From a bacterium (lineage in GTDB: Bacteria > Patescibacteriota > Minisyncoccia > Phycocordibacterales > UBA6899): a stretch of 63,420 bases of DNA. Within the stretch, counting starts at the first letter, position 1, and each line of letters starts with the position of its first letter. The notes beneath the pieces are model-generated. The model did not search any database and had not been told where the DNA came from. It saw nothing but the letters and a program-made list of their open reading frames with translations. Below, piece after piece: positions 61,841-63,420 of this stretch. The stretch lies in the NCBI GenBank assembly GCA_021851895.1, contig JAJZQJ010000003.1:1-63420 (forward strand), read 5' to 3'. The position numbers and the translations under genes were made by a program.

Positions 61841-61913
61841 TCCCCCCTCAAGGACTCGAACCTTGGACCGTCTCGTTAAGAGCGAGCTGCTCTACCAACT
61901 GAGCTAAGGAGGG
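61841..61913 (-). tRNA. tRNA-Lys (anticodon CUU)
   Basis: Reverse complement folds as acceptor CCCTCCT/AGGGGGG, D-arm GCTC-AGTTGGTA-GAGC, anticodon loop CTCTTAA, T-arm CAAGG-TTCGAGT-CCTTG, discriminator A. Has an unusual C1:G72 pair and a G27.A43 mismatch. Confidence 0.8.
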
Positions 61914-61995
61914 ATGGGGATATAGTACCAAATTTGCAAAATATTGCAAGCGTTTTGCATGAAAAAACACAACGCATGGTTGTGTTTGGGGGTGG

Positions 61996-62361
61996 TCATT
62001 CAGCTTCAGGAAATTCTTGAATTTTCCAAAAGTCATCACGCCGGAGCGAAACTGTCTTCATGCGATCGGGCTGGACGTGGCCATGCCTGTACTCGCCGAA
62101 CTTGTCTGTGCAGACGTTGTCGCCGGTCGTGCGGTTGATCCGATGCATTTTCTTGTTGGTGCAGGTACACTCGCCGATGTGGGGTTCCAGTATGTTCACG
62201 GTGAAGACCTCTTGAGGCTCATCATCTCCTTTGGTCTCCTCCTTCAGAATACCCGTAATCACTCCGACACGCCGCTTCGTGGTATGGTTCCTTTTTGCGG
62301 CCTTTCTGCTGAGAACCACGGTCATGCCTTTGGTGATCACTTCGGGGATGATGGGGGCCAT
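61996..62361 (-). CDS. small Cys/His-rich (zinc-ribbon-like) protein, paralog of 62481-62831
   Basis: AGGAGG SD 6 nt upstream of ATG. ECTCTNKKMHRINRTTGDNVCTDKFGEYRHGH aligns with the neighbour's CSRCNGPVRVNRTTGEAVCKNSDCNHRHGF. Confidence 0.6.
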   Translation of the reverse strand: MAPIIPEVITKGMTVVLSRKAAKRNHTTKRRVGVITGILKEETKGDDEPQEVFTVNILEPHIGECTCTNKKMHRINRTTGDNVCTDKFGEYRHGHVQPDRMKTVSLRRDDFWKIQEFPEAE

Positions 62362-62480
62362 CGATTTCCTCCTGATTTACTTTGTACAGAGCTCGGGGAA
62401 CAATAACATATAGTATAAAAAAGTCAAGTAATGAAAAAGGCTCGCGCATAACGCGAGCCGTGTGACTTGATGTGCTGGGC

Positions 62481-62831
62481 CTAGTACTCGTCCTGCATGG
62501 GGCTGAAGTCATCCTTCGCGAGATCGCTGAGGACGACGCCCTGGGGATGGGTGATGAACCCATGCCGGTGATTGCAGTCCGAGTTCTTGCAGACCGCCTC
62601 GCCGGTCGTCCGATTGACGCGGACGGGGCCGTTGCAGCGACTGCAGTTCTCCGCCGTACGGGGAAGCAGGAGCTTGGCCGTGTAGGTGACCTTGATCATG
62701 CCGCGCTCATCGCCGGTGCGATGGACGTCAGTGATCACGGCGGCCCTGAGGCCGGAGACCTTCTTCTTCTCGAGGGCCGACTTGCAGACGAGGATCTGGG
62801 AGCCCTTGGGGATTTCGAGAACTGTGGACAT
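62481..62831 (-). CDS. small four-Cys zinc-ribbon-like protein, strongly GC-rich coding sequence
   Basis: Start MSTVLEIPKG (alternative upstream ATG 62903). Own terminator ggctcgcg-ttat-cgcgagcc at ~62443-62462. Paralogous to 61996-62361. Confidence 0.6.
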   Translation of the reverse strand: MSTVLEIPKGSQILVCKSALEKKKVSGLRAAVITDVHRTGDERGMIKVTYTAKLLLPRTAENCSRCNGPVRVNRTTGEAVCKNSDCNHRHGFITHPQGVVLSDLAKDDFSPMQDEY

Positions 62832-62922
62832 GTGTCCCTTTCTTTGAAAGTGGAACGGGTTATCCGTCCGAAGATATAATAGCATATTTTTGGGGAAAGT
62901 CAATAGATACTATTTAATGCTT

Positions 62923-63060
62923 GGGCAAACGTAAAACCGTTCCGGTTTGAGTTTGATGGAGCGCAAAGCGCGCTGGTACAGATACTTCTAATACACAGGG
63001 AGCCGAAAAACCCTTTAGGTTTTTGACTCATTGAGTGCTCTGCACGCAGAATAGGATTCT
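62923..63060 (+). ncRNA. leader of the third tRNA-type element locus (conserved 34-nt 5' module plus variable hairpins)
   Basis: gggcaaacgtaaaaccgttccggtttgagtttga preceded by the -10-like TATTTA (62911-62916). A TATAAT also lies at 62875-62880. Confidence 0.4.
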
Positions 63061-63420
63061 GGGACTCGGTCACAAGTCACTAAGTCTTTAGCCAGCAGAG
63101 CTGTCAAAAGCCTAAGTGCTCGTGACCACGGCTCGGCTACAGCCGCTTCGGCTGGGAAGCCTTCAGCGGCTGGCTTCGCAGCCTCCGCCTTTCGAGTCCC
63201 GCCCCGGAGTCACAGTGGCATAAGAAAAAAGAGCTTGCGCTCTTTTTTCTGCCACTGTGCCGGAGAAACGAATCAGACGGGACTCGGTCACAAGTCACTA
63301 AGTCTTTAGCCAGCAGAGCTGTCAAAAGCCTAAGTGCTCGTGACCACGGCTCGGCTACAGCCGCTTCGGCTGGGAAGCCTTCAGCGGCTGGCTTCGCAGC
63401 CTCCGCCTTTCGAGTCCCGC
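63061..63420 (+). repeat. perfect 218-bp tandem repeat (1.65 copies visible, runs off the window) of the GC-rich core, tRNA-like 3' arm and hairpin
   Basis: 63061-63202 is identical to 63279-63420. Each unit has arms GGGACTCG / CGAGTCCC, a core homologous to loci A and B, and hairpin 63213-63257. Confidence 0.85.

Noticed and set aside
61424-61907. ORF-track proteins 61424-61606 (+), 61434-61907 (+) and 61513-61851 (-) across the tRNA-Lys locus.
   Set aside because: They read through repeated GC-rich hairpins. The two longer ones also run through the A/T hairpin and into the tRNA-Lys gene. Their Arg/Ser/Gly/Ala-rich composition is typical of GC-rich non-coding sequence.
62017-62879. Plus-strand ORFs 62017-62406, 62231-62413 and 62472-62879, and minus-strand ORF 62222-62563.
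   Set aside because: They are shadow ORFs of the two GC-rich minus-strand genes. The minus-strand genes have SD or promoter and terminator signals and are mutually homologous, while the shadows have neither.
63061-63420. Tandem repeat considered as a CRISPR array.
   Set aside because: The period is 218 bp and whole units are identical. There are no short direct repeats separated by unique spacers and no cas genes in the window.
42548-63420. Integrated prophage or genomic island at the tRNA genes.
   Set aside because: There is no integrase, excisionase or phage or conjugation gene next to any of the three tRNAs. The sequences between tRNA-end copies are only 60-220 bp long.

Overview
63.4-kb gene-dense bacterial chromosomal segment. 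I can support about 70 CDS on both strands and 3 tRNAs (Gln-UUG, Ala-UGC, Lys-CUU). I see no rRNA, CRISPR array, transposase, integrase, reverse transcriptase or phage structural genes.

Gene content:
- Repair and housekeeping: uvrB, uvrA, a short uvrC, leuS, ddl, trxB, DEAD-box helicase, tlyA, mltG, trmO, ogt, dCMP deaminase.
- Envelope: LtaS-like sulfatase, processive GT2, SLT and RlpA-like lytic transglycosylases, CAP-domain protein, CcdA, DedA, MFS and CDF transporters.
- Signalling and regulation: three two-component modules, an ECF sigma/anti-sigma pair, ArsR and Fur regulators.
- A thiol/sulfur-redox cluster, plus many small membrane or secreted hypothetical proteins.

Domain-minimal enzymes and abundant small orphan proteins are compatible with a reduced-genome uncultivated lineage (Patescibacteria/CPR-like). 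This is inference only.

Two global signals stand out.
1. A very regular extended -10 box (TGnTAnnnT) sits exactly 6 nt upstream of the ATG of at least 14 genes. This implies leaderless mRNAs and revises many ORF-track starts.
2. A family of GC-rich, apparently structured non-coding elements sits at or next to tRNA genes (42621-43040 at tRNA-Ala, 61400-61840 at tRNA-Lys, 62923-63420 as a perfect 218-bp tandem array).
   - The conserved core of each element is framed by arms copied from the 3' end of the neighbouring tRNA, in both sense and antisense.
   - Small Cys/His-rich proteins are encoded nearby, including a GC-rich paralogous pair.

I regard the tRNA-linked elements as the best candidate for something undescribed. 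Their nature (ncRNA, unusual att-site accretion, or MITE-like element) cannot be settled from sequence alone.
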